A DNA stretch of 64,000 bases from Amphiscolops sp. MND2022 (lineage: Eukaryota): contig OZ076409.1 of NCBI GenBank assembly GCA_964187785.1, positions 496,001 through 560,000 of the forward strand. The letters are read 5' to 3'. The notes below the pieces were generated by a model. That model saw nothing but the letters and a program-made list of their open reading frames with translations, was not told the origin of the DNA and made no database searches. How positions within the stretch are numbered: the stretch's first letter is position 1; each line of letters begins with the position of its first letter. Shown here in pieces: positions 36,375 through 48,600 of the stretch. The translations under genes and the position numbers were made by a program.

Positions 36375-39300
36375 ATGGAAGGGGCTTCTCAAACGTCTTT
36401 GGAAAGATCTAGGAGTCTTGCTCTGAGGAACTTCAAAAAAGCAGCTAGTCGCTACGAAACATTCCTGTCAAGTAACGAATTAGATAACGAGGAACACGAT
36501 GTGTTGTTCCAAGATCTTTTCAAGTCCTGGAATGAATTGATTGAAAAACACGAAAAACTTGTTCTACAAAAAACTGATGCTAGTGAAGAGGATTTTGCTT
36601 TCATCGATGAGAATGAATTGCTTTTCCATACATTACGCTCGCAAAGTTTACAGTTCAAGAAAAAAAAGAAAAAAATTAAAGAAGAACAAGTTAACCTCGA
36701 GCAAAAGAAAATCCAAGATGAACCTACGGAGAAGCAAACACAAAATATAGAAAATGCAAAAATTCAAATGACTACACTTTGTTCAAGCTACGAAATGGAA
36801 ATGAATCGACTACAAAATATTGTTCTGAGCTTTACAGATGCAGCATTAACAAGTGAGAAAGCTTTGAGAGATATTAAACGTGATTTTGAACACCAAACAG
36901 AAAAAGTCTCGCATCTGTTCAACATCACGGCTCAACATGCCGAGACAAACGATTTGGAATTGACCATAAAGGCGTCCTTTATTGATTTAGAGCAAAATTT
37001 CAATGTGCAATTCTACAAAAAAGTAAACGTGATCCAAGGAAATGAAACAAAAAACCCTACGACGGCTAAACATCCATCTACTCATTTGGAGAAAATTAAA
37101 TTTCCAGTTTTTAATGGCAAAACCAGGGACTGGCCTAAGTTCAAGAAAGATTTCCAGTCGCAAGTAGTGCCCTTCATAACCGAGGACACAACTAAATGTT
37201 ATACGCTTAGAAACGCGCTTCCTGAAGATGCAAAAGTTTGGGTTAGAAACATGGACAATTTTGTTGAAATGTGGAAAAGGTTAGACGAAAAGTATGGTGA
37301 TGAAGGCAAAATGGTTGACATAATTCTTGCAGATGTCAAAAATTTCGAACAGATCAAAGATAACGAAAACAAACGTTTAATACAGTTCATTGATGTCTTG
37401 GAAAAGGTAAACTTGGAAATGAAATTTCTGGGCAGAGAGTCAGAATTACAAAACACTACGATAGTCAATATCATCGAAAGAAAGCTACCGAATGATTTGA
37501 AAATGAAATGGATAGAGCGCATTTATGAACAAAACAGCAGAGTTGACAAACTGAATAAATTCCCTGATCTGCTGGCGTTTTTGTTAGAACGGAAACTGAT
37601 GTTAGAGTACAATGAGGACAAACTGGAAAGTACTTCAGAACCAAGCCTAACGGCTAAAATTCACTTGGCTCGCAAACAGGAAGAAGTCCGAGGAACTGAA
37701 ACAATGCGAAAAGCAACAACAGCTTGTTTACTTCATAGTACAGGCGTACACAAAACAGAAGATTGTCGATTGTTTTTGCAAAAGACTGTTAAAGACAGAA
37801 GCGCTTTAGCTAAAGAAAAGAAAGCTTGTTTCAACTGCCTGCTGATAGGGCATACTGCCAGAAATTGCCGGAATAAAGCAGCGTGTCCAAAGAAAGAGTG
37901 TGGTAAAAACCATCACAAGCTTTTGCACGATGATTTCTGGGAAGAAGGCCAAAGTAAGGTGAAATTGTCAGTCAATTGTAATTTAGGTCGTCAATCAAGT
38001 TCCTTCAGCGATTCCACTTTTCTACAGATTATGCCTGTAAAGTTAGAGAGCAAAACAGCAGCAGACACAGTGTTAGCTATATGGGACTCGGCTTCCACTG
38101 TTTCTCTTATTTTGAATTCTACAGCCAAAAATTTACGGCTGCCTGGTCGGCCCGTCTCCGTGGTGATGGAAACTCTCGGTAGTGTGTCTAAAATACAGAC
38201 CAAACTGTATCAGGTACATGTCAAGGACAAATGTGGTAACACAATACGCTTTGAAGCATTCGGTGTTCCTGAAATTTCAAAGGATTTCTACAATTTGGCA
38301 TGTAACGTTAGACACTTCCCGGAAGAATTTGCCGAGGACGAAGAAGTTTCAGGTAAACTGCAGCTGCTATTTGGATTAAATGTAGCTCAGTTTCATCCGG
38401 TACCCGTGAAATCACAAGGTAGTCTAGTACTTTTTGAAAACGTTTTTGGGTTCTGTGTTGGAGGCACATTGTCAGATGGACATTGCGACAGGTTTCCAAA
38501 GGTCAACCTAAGTTTAACGAAAGTCAACTTGTCAGATTTTTTTGGAACTGAAAATATGGGAGTATCTTGCACACCGAAGTGCGCAAACTGTAAATGTGGC
38601 AATTGTCCTCTAGGTGCAGCGGAATTTTCAATTAAAGATCAGAAAGAGATTGAAATGATTGACAAAGGTTTAAAACTGGAAGATGGTGTATGGACAGCAA
38701 CTTATCCTTGGGTCAAAGATCCTAAGTATCTGCCTAATAATAAACCTTTTGCGGAAAGGCTTTTAGTCGGGACCGAGAAAAGACCTTTGAAAAATCCTGA
38801 GCATGCGAAAGTGTATCAAGAACAAATGCAGGACATGCTAGACAGACAGGTAGCTCGAAAACTTGACCGAAATGACTTGAACTACGATGGGCCAGTACAC
38901 TATATCACTCATCATGAAGTTCTGAAGGAGGAATCTACAACAACTCCTTGCAGGATTGTTTTCAATGCGTCTGCAAACTATTGCGGACATAGTTTGAATG
39001 ACTATTGGGCAAAAGGACCCGATCTTTTGAACGATTTGAAGGGCATTTTGATCAAGTTCAGAGAAGAAGTGGGTTACATCGGAGACATACGGAAAATGTA
39101 TCATACGGTAAGGATCACGATTCCTGATCAACAAACACACAGATTTCTGTGGAGAGATCTGAATCCAGAGAAAAAACCAGAAGAATACATGATGGAAGTG
39201 AGGTCCTTCGGGGACAAACCTGCAGCTACAATCGTTCAGCTGGCTCTGCGGAAAACCGCAGACCTGGCAACAAATGACCAATCAGAAGCAAAAGCAGTCA

Positions 39301-41855
39301 TTTATACGTCAACGTATATGGATGATATCATCAGCAGCGTTAATACAATAGGCGAAGCTGCCAAACAGACAACATCAATTGATAATTTACTCCAGAAAGG
39401 TTCATTCCGAGTTAAAAAATGGGTTTATTCAGGCGACAGCGACAGTGAAGTACCATTAATGGGTAGTATTGAGGATCAAAAGGTTCTGGGCATGGTATGG
39501 GACAATGGTAAGGATGTTTTGAAGTACACGTCCAAAGTGAAAATCAAAGAGCCCGGTAAGAAAGGAAAAAAGTTGATTTTCAATACACTGGAGCAATTAG
39601 AATCAGAAGCCCCGACTTGCTTAACAAGGCGTCAAGTGCTGTGTCAAATGAATTCAGTGTTTGATCCATTGGGTTTAGTAGCACCGTTTGTCTTGAAAGG
39701 CAAACTATTGATGCGCGAAACGTGGGAAACTGAAAAAGAGCTCGCTTGGGATGATAACCTCGCGGCTGACGTTAGTGCATCTTGGTTGTTATTCTTCAAA
39801 GAATTGTTTCAGTTAAAAAAGGTTGAGATCAGGCGTTGCGCCAGATCTAGTTTCACAGCAGTAGGGTCACCAACTCTAGTGTTATTCAGTGACGCTTCAC
39901 AGGTAGCATTTGGTGCTTGTGCGTACGTTGTATGGCATGACAAAGCTGGCAAAGGTTCAGCTAGATTGTTGGCCGCTAAAAGTAGACTGGCACCAACAAA
40001 ACGGGTGTCAATAGTACGCTTGGAACTTTGTGGAGCACTCATGGCGGTTAGATTGAAAAGGTTTCTTTGCAAACATAGCAGGTGGGCGTTTGCAAAGATC
40101 ATGTACATTGTCGACTCCGAAATTGTAAGAGCCATGTTACAAAAGGATTCATATGGGTTCAACACGTTCACCGGTCTGCACGTCGGTGAAATACAGACCA
40201 CTGAAGATCCTCACGACTTCTACTGGATAGCAGGAGGAAAGAACATAGCGGATCTACTTTCTAGAGGTTCAACACCCGATAAATTGTTAGAACACTCCGA
40301 ATGGCAGCGAGGGCCCGAATTCTTGCAATGGCCAGTGCAAGAGTGGCCTTTACAGCAACGGCAATACCGATTAGAAAATTTACCTGAGTTGATGCAAACT
40401 ACAACATTAACAAATGTTTTGCAATTAGAGTGCGAGGTTGTGGATGCAAAGAGGTTTACCAGCGTCAGAATATTGAAGCGCACGTTGGCAAGAGTACAAG
40501 CGGTGTTTTCGGGAACTAAAAAATCTTTGACTCGCATCTTTGAAAATCCAACAAAGGAGTGTATAGAGAAAGCTTGGACTTTGTTACTCCTGTGCGAGCA
40601 GAAGGTTCTTCAAGAGGACTATCAGAAAGGAAAATTCAGCAATTTGGGTGCCGACAAAAACAAGAATGGTATTATCGTGGTAGGAGCAAGGGTTGGTGCG
40701 GCAGTGCCATTGTTGAGGCAGTCATCGTTATCTGATTTGTTAGTCCGGGATGCGCATAATCAAGGGCACTTGGGTGTTGCAGCAACTACAAGCAAAGTGA
40801 GAGCACTGGCCTGGGTAATCAACCTGCCCAAGCTTTCGAAAAAAGTTGTTAGAAGTTGTTATGGCTGTCGGCTTTACAATAAGGAGACAGTGCAGCAATT
40901 TTTAGGGTCACCGCCAGACGAGAGGCTGAAACCATCTTTACCATTCACTAACGTTTGCTTGGATTTGTTTGGACCATTCAACGTCCGTCTAACGATGTCT
41001 AAAACTGACATTGGAAAAGCATACGGAGTTATAATTACCTGTATGTTCACAAGAGCAATTCACCTCGACGTTGCAGCGGAGTACTCTACTGAAGCGTTTT
41101 TACAGGCTTTCAGAAGGTTTACATCGGTTAGGGGAACTCCCGAAGTTAAATTTTCCGATTCAGGCACACAACTGGTGGGCGCTAATGCTATCATTCAGGC
41201 AGCAATGCGAGAGATGGATCGCAAACATGCGACCGAGGCTTGCAAAGACATTCGTTGGGAGTTTGCACCGGGCGGAGCACCATGGAGACAAGGCTGCGCA
41301 GAGTCATTAATAAAAACGGTGAAGAAAAGTTTGTTCTTTGCTGTGGGGAGACAAAAACTATCAATTCTAGAGTTACAAACAGTTTTGTTTGAGGCGGCTA
41401 ACTTGATCAATTCTCGACCGATGGGTACACACCCTACTCATCCCGATGATGGCTGCTACTTGTCGCCAAACGAGATGCTACTGGGAAAGTCAGCAGGCGG
41501 AAGTATCGTCTTAGCCAATGAACGAAATAAACTTGGGCACAGGCTGAGCTTGGTGGAAAATGTGCTAAAAGGATTTTGGAAGAGATGGCAAATGTTGTAC
41601 ATGTATAGCATGGCTCACTTGAAAAAGTGGACCAAGAAACATAGAAATGTTCAAAAGGGTGAAGTGGTGTTGGTAGAAGACAACAATGCACTGAGAGGTC
41701 ACTGGACTATTGGTAGAGTTAAAGAATGCTACCCCGGAAGAGATGGGTTGGTCCGTGATGTCGAGGGCGAGATCGTCAAAGCAAATGGAGTGAAGACAAC
41801 AGTGTCCAGACCAGTACAAAAACTCTCCAGTTTGGTACCTATTGAAGAACAATAG
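36375..41855 (+). CDS. BEL/Pao gag-pol polyprotein (1826 aa)
   Basis: Gag (KFPVFNG..DWPKF), zinc knuckles CFNCLLIGHTARNC and CPKKECGKNHHKLLH, aspartic protease WDSAS, RT (CRIVFNAS, YMDD), Pao RNase H/peptidase A17 (FSDAS, ELCGA, DSEI), integrase (H..H..CYGC, DLFGP, SDSGT, AESLIK) and C-terminal W..GRV...PGRDGLVR. Domain order PR-RT-RH-IN. Confidence 0.96.
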   Translation: MEGASQTSLERSRSLALRNFKKAASRYETFLSSNELDNEEHDVLFQDLFKSWNELIEKHEKLVLQKTDASEEDFAFIDENELLFHTLRSQSLQFKKKKKKIKEEQVNLEQKKIQDEPTEKQTQNIENAKIQMTTLCSSYEMEMNRLQNIVLSFTDAALTSEKALRDIKRDFEHQTEKVSHLFNITAQHAETNDLELTIKASFIDLEQNFNVQFYKKVNVIQGNETKNPTTAKHPSTHLEKIKFPVFNGKTRDWPKFKKDFQSQVVPFITEDTTKCYTLRNALPEDAKVWVRNMDNFVEMWKRLDEKYGDEGKMVDIILADVKNFEQIKDNENKRLIQFIDVLEKVNLEMKFLGRESELQNTTIVNIIERKLPNDLKMKWIERIYEQNSRVDKLNKFPDLLAFLLERKLMLEYNEDKLESTSEPSLTAKIHLARKQEEVRGTETMRKATTACLLHSTGVHKTEDCRLFLQKTVKDRSALAKEKKACFNCLLIGHTARNCRNKAACPKKECGKNHHKLLHDDFWEEGQSKVKLSVNCNLGRQSSSFSDSTFLQIMPVKLESKTAADTVLAIWDSASTVSLILNSTAKNLRLPGRPVSVVMETLGSVSKIQTKLYQVHVKDKCGNTIRFEAFGVPEISKDFYNLACNVRHFPEEFAEDEEVSGKLQLLFGLNVAQFHPVPVKSQGSLVLFENVFGFCVGGTLSDGHCDRFPKVNLSLTKVNLSDFFGTENMGVSCTPKCANCKCGNCPLGAAEFSIKDQKEIEMIDKGLKLEDGVWTATYPWVKDPKYLPNNKPFAERLLVGTEKRPLKNPEHAKVYQEQMQDMLDRQVARKLDRNDLNYDGPVHYITHHEVLKEESTTTPCRIVFNASANYCGHSLNDYWAKGPDLLNDLKGILIKFREEVGYIGDIRKMYHTVRITIPDQQTHRFLWRDLNPEKKPEEYMMEVRSFGDKPAATIVQLALRKTADLATNDQSEAKAVIYTSTYMDDIISSVNTIGEAAKQTTSIDNLLQKGSFRVKKWVYSGDSDSEVPLMGSIEDQKVLGMVWDNGKDVLKYTSKVKIKEPGKKGKKLIFNTLEQLESEAPTCLTRRQVLCQMNSVFDPLGLVAPFVLKGKLLMRETWETEKELAWDDNLAADVSASWLLFFKELFQLKKVEIRRCARSSFTAVGSPTLVLFSDASQVAFGACAYVVWHDKAGKGSARLLAAKSRLAPTKRVSIVRLELCGALMAVRLKRFLCKHSRWAFAKIMYIVDSEIVRAMLQKDSYGFNTFTGLHVGEIQTTEDPHDFYWIAGGKNIADLLSRGSTPDKLLEHSEWQRGPEFLQWPVQEWPLQQRQYRLENLPELMQTTTLTNVLQLECEVVDAKRFTSVRILKRTLARVQAVFSGTKKSLTRIFENPTKECIEKAWTLLLLCEQKVLQEDYQKGKFSNLGADKNKNGIIVVGARVGAAVPLLRQSSLSDLLVRDAHNQGHLGVAATTSKVRALAWVINLPKLSKKVVRSCYGCRLYNKETVQQFLGSPPDERLKPSLPFTNVCLDLFGPFNVRLTMSKTDIGKAYGVIITCMFTRAIHLDVAAEYSTEAFLQAFRRFTSVRGTPEVKFSDSGTQLVGANAIIQAAMREMDRKHATEACKDIRWEFAPGGAPWRQGCAESLIKTVKKSLFFAVGRQKLSILELQTVLFEAANLINSRPMGTHPTHPDDGCYLSPNEMLLGKSAGGSIVLANERNKLGHRLSLVENVLKGFWKRWQMLYMYSMAHLKKWTKKHRNVQKGEVVLVEDNNALRGHWTIGRVKECYPGRDGLVRDVEGEIVKANGVKTTVSRPVQKLSSLVPIEEQ

Positions 41856-41867
41856 CGGGCCCCGGAG

Positions 41868-42110
41868 TGTTACGTAACATTGATGTTACTCAGAAGTCAA
41901 ACTTGAACTTTGATTGCAAGAATAATTGACTAATCACTCATAAGTTCTAATGCGGTAAAACAGTGTGGACAAATGTGGTATGTAACTCTACTTCTACTTA
42001 TTCGACGATTTATAAAGACTATCAGGTAATCCCTTTTTGTTGTTTCTAGTATTGAATTACAACTATTCTGAAGGTTGGATTTTGCAAACACTAACTGTCC
42101 ACACGAAGCA
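41868..42110 (+). repeat. 3' LTR
   Basis: Copy of 36097-36339, preceded by the PPT-position sequence GCGGGCCCCGGAG. Confidence 0.95.
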
Positions 42111-42611
42111 AGGGGAGAGGAAAACTTTCTGGAACAAACTTTCCTCCTCCACGCACACACATGTTGAGAAGCAACGCGGCAAAAAAGGATGATTCACATC
42201 ATTTCGATGAGCTTCAAATCAAAATTAAATTTAGGGCTTTTCAATTGTTTGTCGGCTCAACGCATCCCTCGCCTGGACGGTTTAATAGATGAAAAAACAT
42301 GGTGTTCATGGTACAACTAATCAAAGGTACAATTGACTAATAATGTATAAATGATGTTTTTGAAGCAATCAGTTAGATTAATTTATGGCTGGTATATTCA
42401 TTCAACTAGAGTATTTCTTCAACTTCAAATCTGTCCAGTACATTTGGTAGAAGTCGCCAAATTGTCAAGTGATAATTTAGTGGAAGCTGTCCAGTAATTT
42501 GTCCCGCAATGAAAATCATTTCAAATCCAATCCCAATCCAATCCAATCTACTCCAATCAGCTCCTCGTAATTAGCCCCCCCCCCACCCAACTGACTCAAT
42601 TGGTGTGGCAT

Positions 42612-45600
42612 TCATGGTGATTCGGGGGTCTGTTGGTCGTGCGGGGTACTGCTGCTGCTGCTCACTTTGAGATTGTAGAGCGCGAAGTGTAGTAAGAGCA
42701 TGTGTGTCTCTCTGACGTAATGGAAAGTGGCCGAGTACTCAGAACAGCACCTTTCGCCCTGAAACAACACAGTCTATCTCTCTCACACACAATTGACACA
42801 CCTCCTTCTACTCCATACAGCAGTACGGTAACGCCACTCCATTGCTTAGAAAAGCAAGTTCAAATACATAGTTTCTTAAAGCTGTCATAGATACTAAAAA
42901 GCAAACTACGAAAGTTTCTTGCAACTTTTTGCAATTCCACAAATATTCGTTTGAAATTTCGGCTACAATAAATACGCAAGAATGTGCAAATTTTGATCGA
43001 AGTCAATCAAAATAGCACTTCTATGAAGTTAAGAAGTCAAAACATTGATTCTCTAAAATTTTCTGTTAACATATTTACCCCCAAATCACCTATGCGATGG
43101 CGTATTTGTTGTAATTCCGAACCAATTGGCAATTAAGACAATTGAGAGTTCAGGGGTTTTAAGGAGTTTCAAAATGGAAAACGTTCCCAAAAAGTAAATT
43201 TCAAGTTACAAAAAGTTTGAAAAAAACTCAAACTCCGATTAAAATTTAATCAAAATTGTTGTAACTTTTGCAATCGGTGTCGTAGAAATTTTGAAAACTA
43301 GGAAAAATTCCTAGAAATTTTAGACGCTGACTAGTTTCCGCTTCTGTGGCCAATTTTGAGGTATTTGGATTGGATTTTTACTTCAAGCTATGGTGTCGCG
43401 TTATTTTAAGTCCCGTTTACGGATTGTTCTCTAGAATAACGCTCCACACTAGCGTTATTAGATACGTTGGAAATTTGTGCCATTTCAAAATTAGCTTCAT
43501 GAATTTCAGTTCAGTTACGCAGAGAAAAGCCTCTGGTTGTACTTCAAAACAACGCTAGAGGTTGTACTATCATCATCAAGGAGTGATCTTGAAAAATTTG
43601 AATCGAAATTCAGTGTCTCAGATACAACACTGTCACTGTCGTGGAAGAAGGAATTCAAGTGGAAAAACTCAGTGTCGCTGGGTATCGAGATTAAGTCTTC
43701 TTAATCATCAGCAAGGGGGAGAAGGGTTGGAGAAAGGCCAGCTTCCAGGGTAATTAAAGAAGCATATCTGGAATTACTATGTTACTACACTCCTGTTTAA
43801 TCATTAATATTTCCGCCCCCCAAATTTATTTGTGAATGGGGGAGGAAAATCATAATCTGTCTTGTATTTTTTTCCAAATTCCGCCAAATCTCCACTTTAT
43901 TACTGCATTTAGTGAAATCTAGTCACCATGGCGCAGGTGGTAGTGCGTCTTCCTGGCAGACACGAGGTCGCGGGTTCGAACCCGTGCTGATGCGTTACAT
44001 TTTTAGCGGAAAATATCCCGGTGCTTAGCGGACGTCTTGTATAACATAATTAACACAGAGGCGAAGCCGTGCTTCGCAAACACTTGCGAAGAAAGTTGCG
44101 AACTTTTGAAGAAAACCAAATAAGCAATATCATACAGGGAACTAATGATAAAAGAACATTAAAATTTCATCAAATTTACAGCGCCAAAAATACCCGAAGG
44201 GATACGCATATATCTCGAAAATCATTCTTCCCCAACTGGAAACAGCAAAAACCCATCATTCTCAACCAAAAACCTTTCAAAAAACAGAAAATAGAGGAAA
44301 CTTTTTTCGAAATAAAATTTTTGATGAAGGTCTCCGGTAAGTTGCATAATGCCGAAAACCTTGAGATGTCCTTTATGCTCGTAAAACGTTTCGTTTCTAG
44401 TAAAAATTGATAGAGAGCTTCGATGAAAACAAATTAGAAAAAAAAGTGGCATAGAAAAAACACCGGTCCTTAAAAAAACAAAAATCGGATATAGAGTGCT
44501 GGGCCTGAGAAAACCTAATTTTAAGACAAAAATGATTCATTTAAAAAAATCTCACAATGCCGAAAACTGTGAAAGTGGGGCTGTTTGAGATTTTCAAACA
44601 TCCATTGTGTTGCAAAATTTCAAAAAAATTAAGGGGAACCTTTGGTACAATCAAAAAATTTGAACAATTTTCGGAAAAAAAAACAAAAAATGCTTCAAAA
44701 AAAATCGGATATAGCATGCTGGGCCTCAGAAAACCTAATTTTAAGACAAAAATTATTCACTTTGAAATTTCTCACAATGCCGAAAACTGTAAAAGGGGGC
44801 CCTTTGAGATTTTTTAACAAGCATTCTGTTGCAAAATTTCAAAAAAATTGAAGGGGAACCTTTGGAGTCGTTGAAAAATTTCGAAAAAAAAACAAAAAAC
44901 ATGAGAATTTTTAAGTCTCATAGTGCCGAAAAATCTGAAAGAAGAGACCCTTTGGGATTTTTCAACATTCGTTCTGTTGCAAAATATCAAAAAAATTGAA
45001 GGCAGGGCCCTTTGGGGGACATTGAAAAAATTTCGAAAAAATCTCACAAAGCCGAAAAGGGTAGGGGGTCTCAGTGCCGAAAAAGTGAGCAGCTTCTGCT
45101 TCGGATTACTTGTTAAAAAAATAGCGCATACGCACGGGTTCGAACACGGACCCCCTCGGTTGAAAAGCAAGCATCTTACCACTAGACCACGAACGCCTGA
45201 ATTATGCGACTTGCGGGCTGAAACGAGAGTTGTCGCGCGGAAAAAAAGCACCCGCACTTTCCCATAACACTTGCTTATCGCAAGTGTAACCACTGTACCA
45301 GTTCACACCGCCTTTGATTTTTCTCGAACTACAAGCTTTGTTATTTGAACAAGAGAAAACACAACGACCAAGCGTACAAGCGTACAACGACACATATTGG
45401 CATGAAATAGAAATTTGTACAGAAAAAACCGGCGACACTAACCTTTACCGGCTAGTGTAATTAAAATGTGCCGTGAAATGAACGCACACCAATGGAGATT
45501 AACAGCTGAAAAGCAGACCCGAAATCAGGTTCAATGTGATTAACCTCGACAGTGATTTCGTCCTCAAATGAGGACAGCGATTTTTTCTATCAATAAAAAT

Positions 45601-48600
45601 TACGAAACGCAAAAAGCATATAGGAAAACGAAAATTTGTTTTTCTCATCGACAATGTATTGGACTATCTGGGGCGAGTTGTTATTTGTGTCAATATAGTT
45701 TGTTTCCCGAATCACCGGCTAAAAAGTAACGGGAAAAAGTCAAAATTTGCAAAAAAAAATATATTTTTCAGAAAATTCCCCTTTTCTCCATAAAAACACC
45801 TGTTTGCACACTCTAGTAACACAATTTGCCACCATTGAAAACGCATATAGGACATTTTTCAAAGAAGCTTCAGCTAAGAGTTCGGCCGGCATTTGAAAGG
45901 CCCGGCGAGCATTTGAAAGCTTAGGTAAAGGGCTTTCAGGGGCAGAAAATCGATTTGAGCTGAGGTATATTCGAGAACGAGATATTACTGGTGGAGAAAT
46001 GAAGCTTTGAAAAAATGTTGCCAATTTTTTGTCAATTTCTCAACTTCTCGGTGTACTGTCGAGGTTAACGATGAATTAGCAAGGGCGGAATGGAGGATGA
46101 ATGAACAAATCAAATATGTGTGTGTAGCGTAATGTACCTGAAAGTGTCTGTGCAGAGAGTAGCGGTGGTACCAGTTCATGTGCAGTAGTGGTTCGAACTC
46201 CCTCCCGGGTGCGAGGGCATGGAACAGCTCTCTGCCCCTCACGTCCACCGTCTTGTCCGGAAAGACTCCCGCCTCTGCCAGACACCGGCCTACAGCGACA
46301 CAGGGCGTGCAACTCTGAAGGAAATAAATATGAAGCATAGCATATCGACGAGTACAGTCCATCCACCTTCTTTCCATGTTCAAGGTGCAAGTTTGTCTGT
46401 CTGATTTAAAAAAAAATACATTTCTGGTTTGTAAGAAACAGCATTTCATTCTTCCACTTCGGTCTCATTTTGAAGAATGAGTCCTTGCGTGAAGCGATCA
46501 TCAAATGCCGATCAAAATGTATAAACTTATCTACATGTTCAACTGGTTTCAAACAGACAAGTTCAACTTGTTTTTGCCATCTTTTCTACTTTCATTTTTT
46601 AGCTTTCCACAAGATAAAACATTCAAACATTTGCTCGTCTTTGACAACACTAGTTAACAGGAAGATTTCAACATCTAAACACACATTATCAAAATTGATG
46701 GACCCCAAACCCAAAAGATCTGCAGCACTGGCATTGACTTTGCATTATTCTATGGATTTTAAATTAATTGATGCTTTCCAAAGTGAGCTCGCATGCTCAT
46801 TTGTTCAACAAGTACATTCATTATTCATCAGTCTACACAAGGATGCCAAAAATCTGTTTATTGGAAAAAATCATTATACATGTTCTTTATCGAAAAATTT
46901 TTGTATATTTTTTTATTTCGAAATAAACAATTATATTATATAAGTATCAAATTGTACCAAAGTGAGTTAAACAGCATTCAACTGTCTATAGAGAAATGCC
47001 ATTTCCCTGCTTTCTGAAATCCAAAATTGCTTCAAGTGGGGCAACATCTTGACATTGGGCGGGCCCGGGTTCTTCCGTCGCTCCCAATTTTCTTCAAAAA
47101 GCCATAGTCAATCTGCCCTCTTTTTAACCCATTTTGATCGGAAAAGGAAATTGTTTCAAAACATCTTTTTCTTTACCTACTGTTTTAAAACACGACAACC
47201 CTGGGTCTACTCCATAACTTGTGACCGGCCACAGAGCTACACTCCCATTCACCCACCCACCCACGCCCGCCCCACATGCACACTCACCGAGCAGCAGGTC
47301 CTCGGGGCCGATGAAGAGGCGGGAGCACCTGTTGCTGTGGGTTTGGGTTTGGGTTGAGTCACTGTCGCCTCTCAGCACAGGAGTCACCAGGCGCATCGAC
47401 TGTCTGCTGAGAACGTAGCCCGCGCCCCCACTGTTGTAGCCCTTCTGAACAACAACGACACAACACAACTTGAATCATCACGTCAATTAGAAGATGAGTC
47501 GACGAGACGTTTCGTCAATACAAAATTAATCATCAGGTCGTGAAAAAGCGAAAAACTGAATATCGAGAGAAAATCGCAGCTCAGTTTTGAGCTCAGTGAA
47601 CATTGAAACAATCAAAAACAAGACATGCCTGTCGAAAGTTGCAACCCGCTCAAGGGATGAGCTCTGCTTTGTAACCAATTAGGCCAAGTTGCGTGAACAA
47701 AGCCTGTTAAAAAAACTGGACCATTCAGAGACATTCTGTGGTCTAACGAAAAACTAGTCACTGCAATGGACGGGCACATTTTTCACAAAATGCTGCTAAT
47801 GTGACCCGACTAAAAACGCAGCGCGATGTGCAGCTGCCAATATTGTTAGGGAGTTTGTATTATAGCTCTACCGCCATGGCTGTCCCCCCGCAATGATGGA
47901 GTTAGCCAGTGGCACTCACATGCACGTATTTCCTGAAAGTCTTTCCGAAGTAGTGAGGCACACTTGCGTTGTAGCTGCTTAGGAACAGGCGCAAGTTCTC
48001 CATTATGACGTAAGTGTCGTCGTCGGCCTTCAAGAACCAATCATATTCGTCCAAAACGTAGTTCTCGCCGATGAACAGAATGCTCTGTCTGGTTTTGGCC
48101 CACAACCACTTCCTGCCTTTTCTGCCCAGCTCAAACACCTCCACACACAAAGCACAGCAGACATCAACAGCAGCAGAAAAATTATCAGTGATCTATTTCA
48201 TTTTTGCCTTTTTTAGACGGTGCTTTTGGTAGAAAAACGCAGACTATAGCAGTGACTTTTTCAAGACCAACGAAGTGACATATTTTATAAGCTTTATAAG
48301 CTGGCTTCCACTAACTGCCACACTGATGTAACTTCTACTGCCACTTGGCATAGAGGTTAATTAGGATTTTTTGAGGTCTGCCAAGCAGGACAAGGGTTCG
48401 AGTCTCGCCCTTGACCAATTTTTTTGTGCATGTAATTTCGGCTTTGTGAGATTTTTTTCGCAAATTTTTTAAAATGTCTCCGAGAGGTCCCCCTTCAATT
48501 TTTATATTTTGCACGGAATGGATTTTCAAAAAATCCCAAAGGGTCCCCTTTTTTCGGCACTATGCGACTTTCCGGAGATTTAAAAAATTTCGAAAAAAAA

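Larger units (their letters stand above)
36097..42110 (+). mobile_element. Full-length BEL/Pao LTR retrotransposon
   Basis: 243-bp LTRs at 36097-36339 and 41868-42110 (TG...CA, one visible mismatch); 5-bp TSD AGGGG (36092-36096, 42111-42115); single gag-pol ORF. Confidence 0.97.

Noticed and set aside
45125..45196. Functional tRNA-Glu gene
   Set aside because: T-stem and anticodon-stem mispairs; embedded in repeat sequence.
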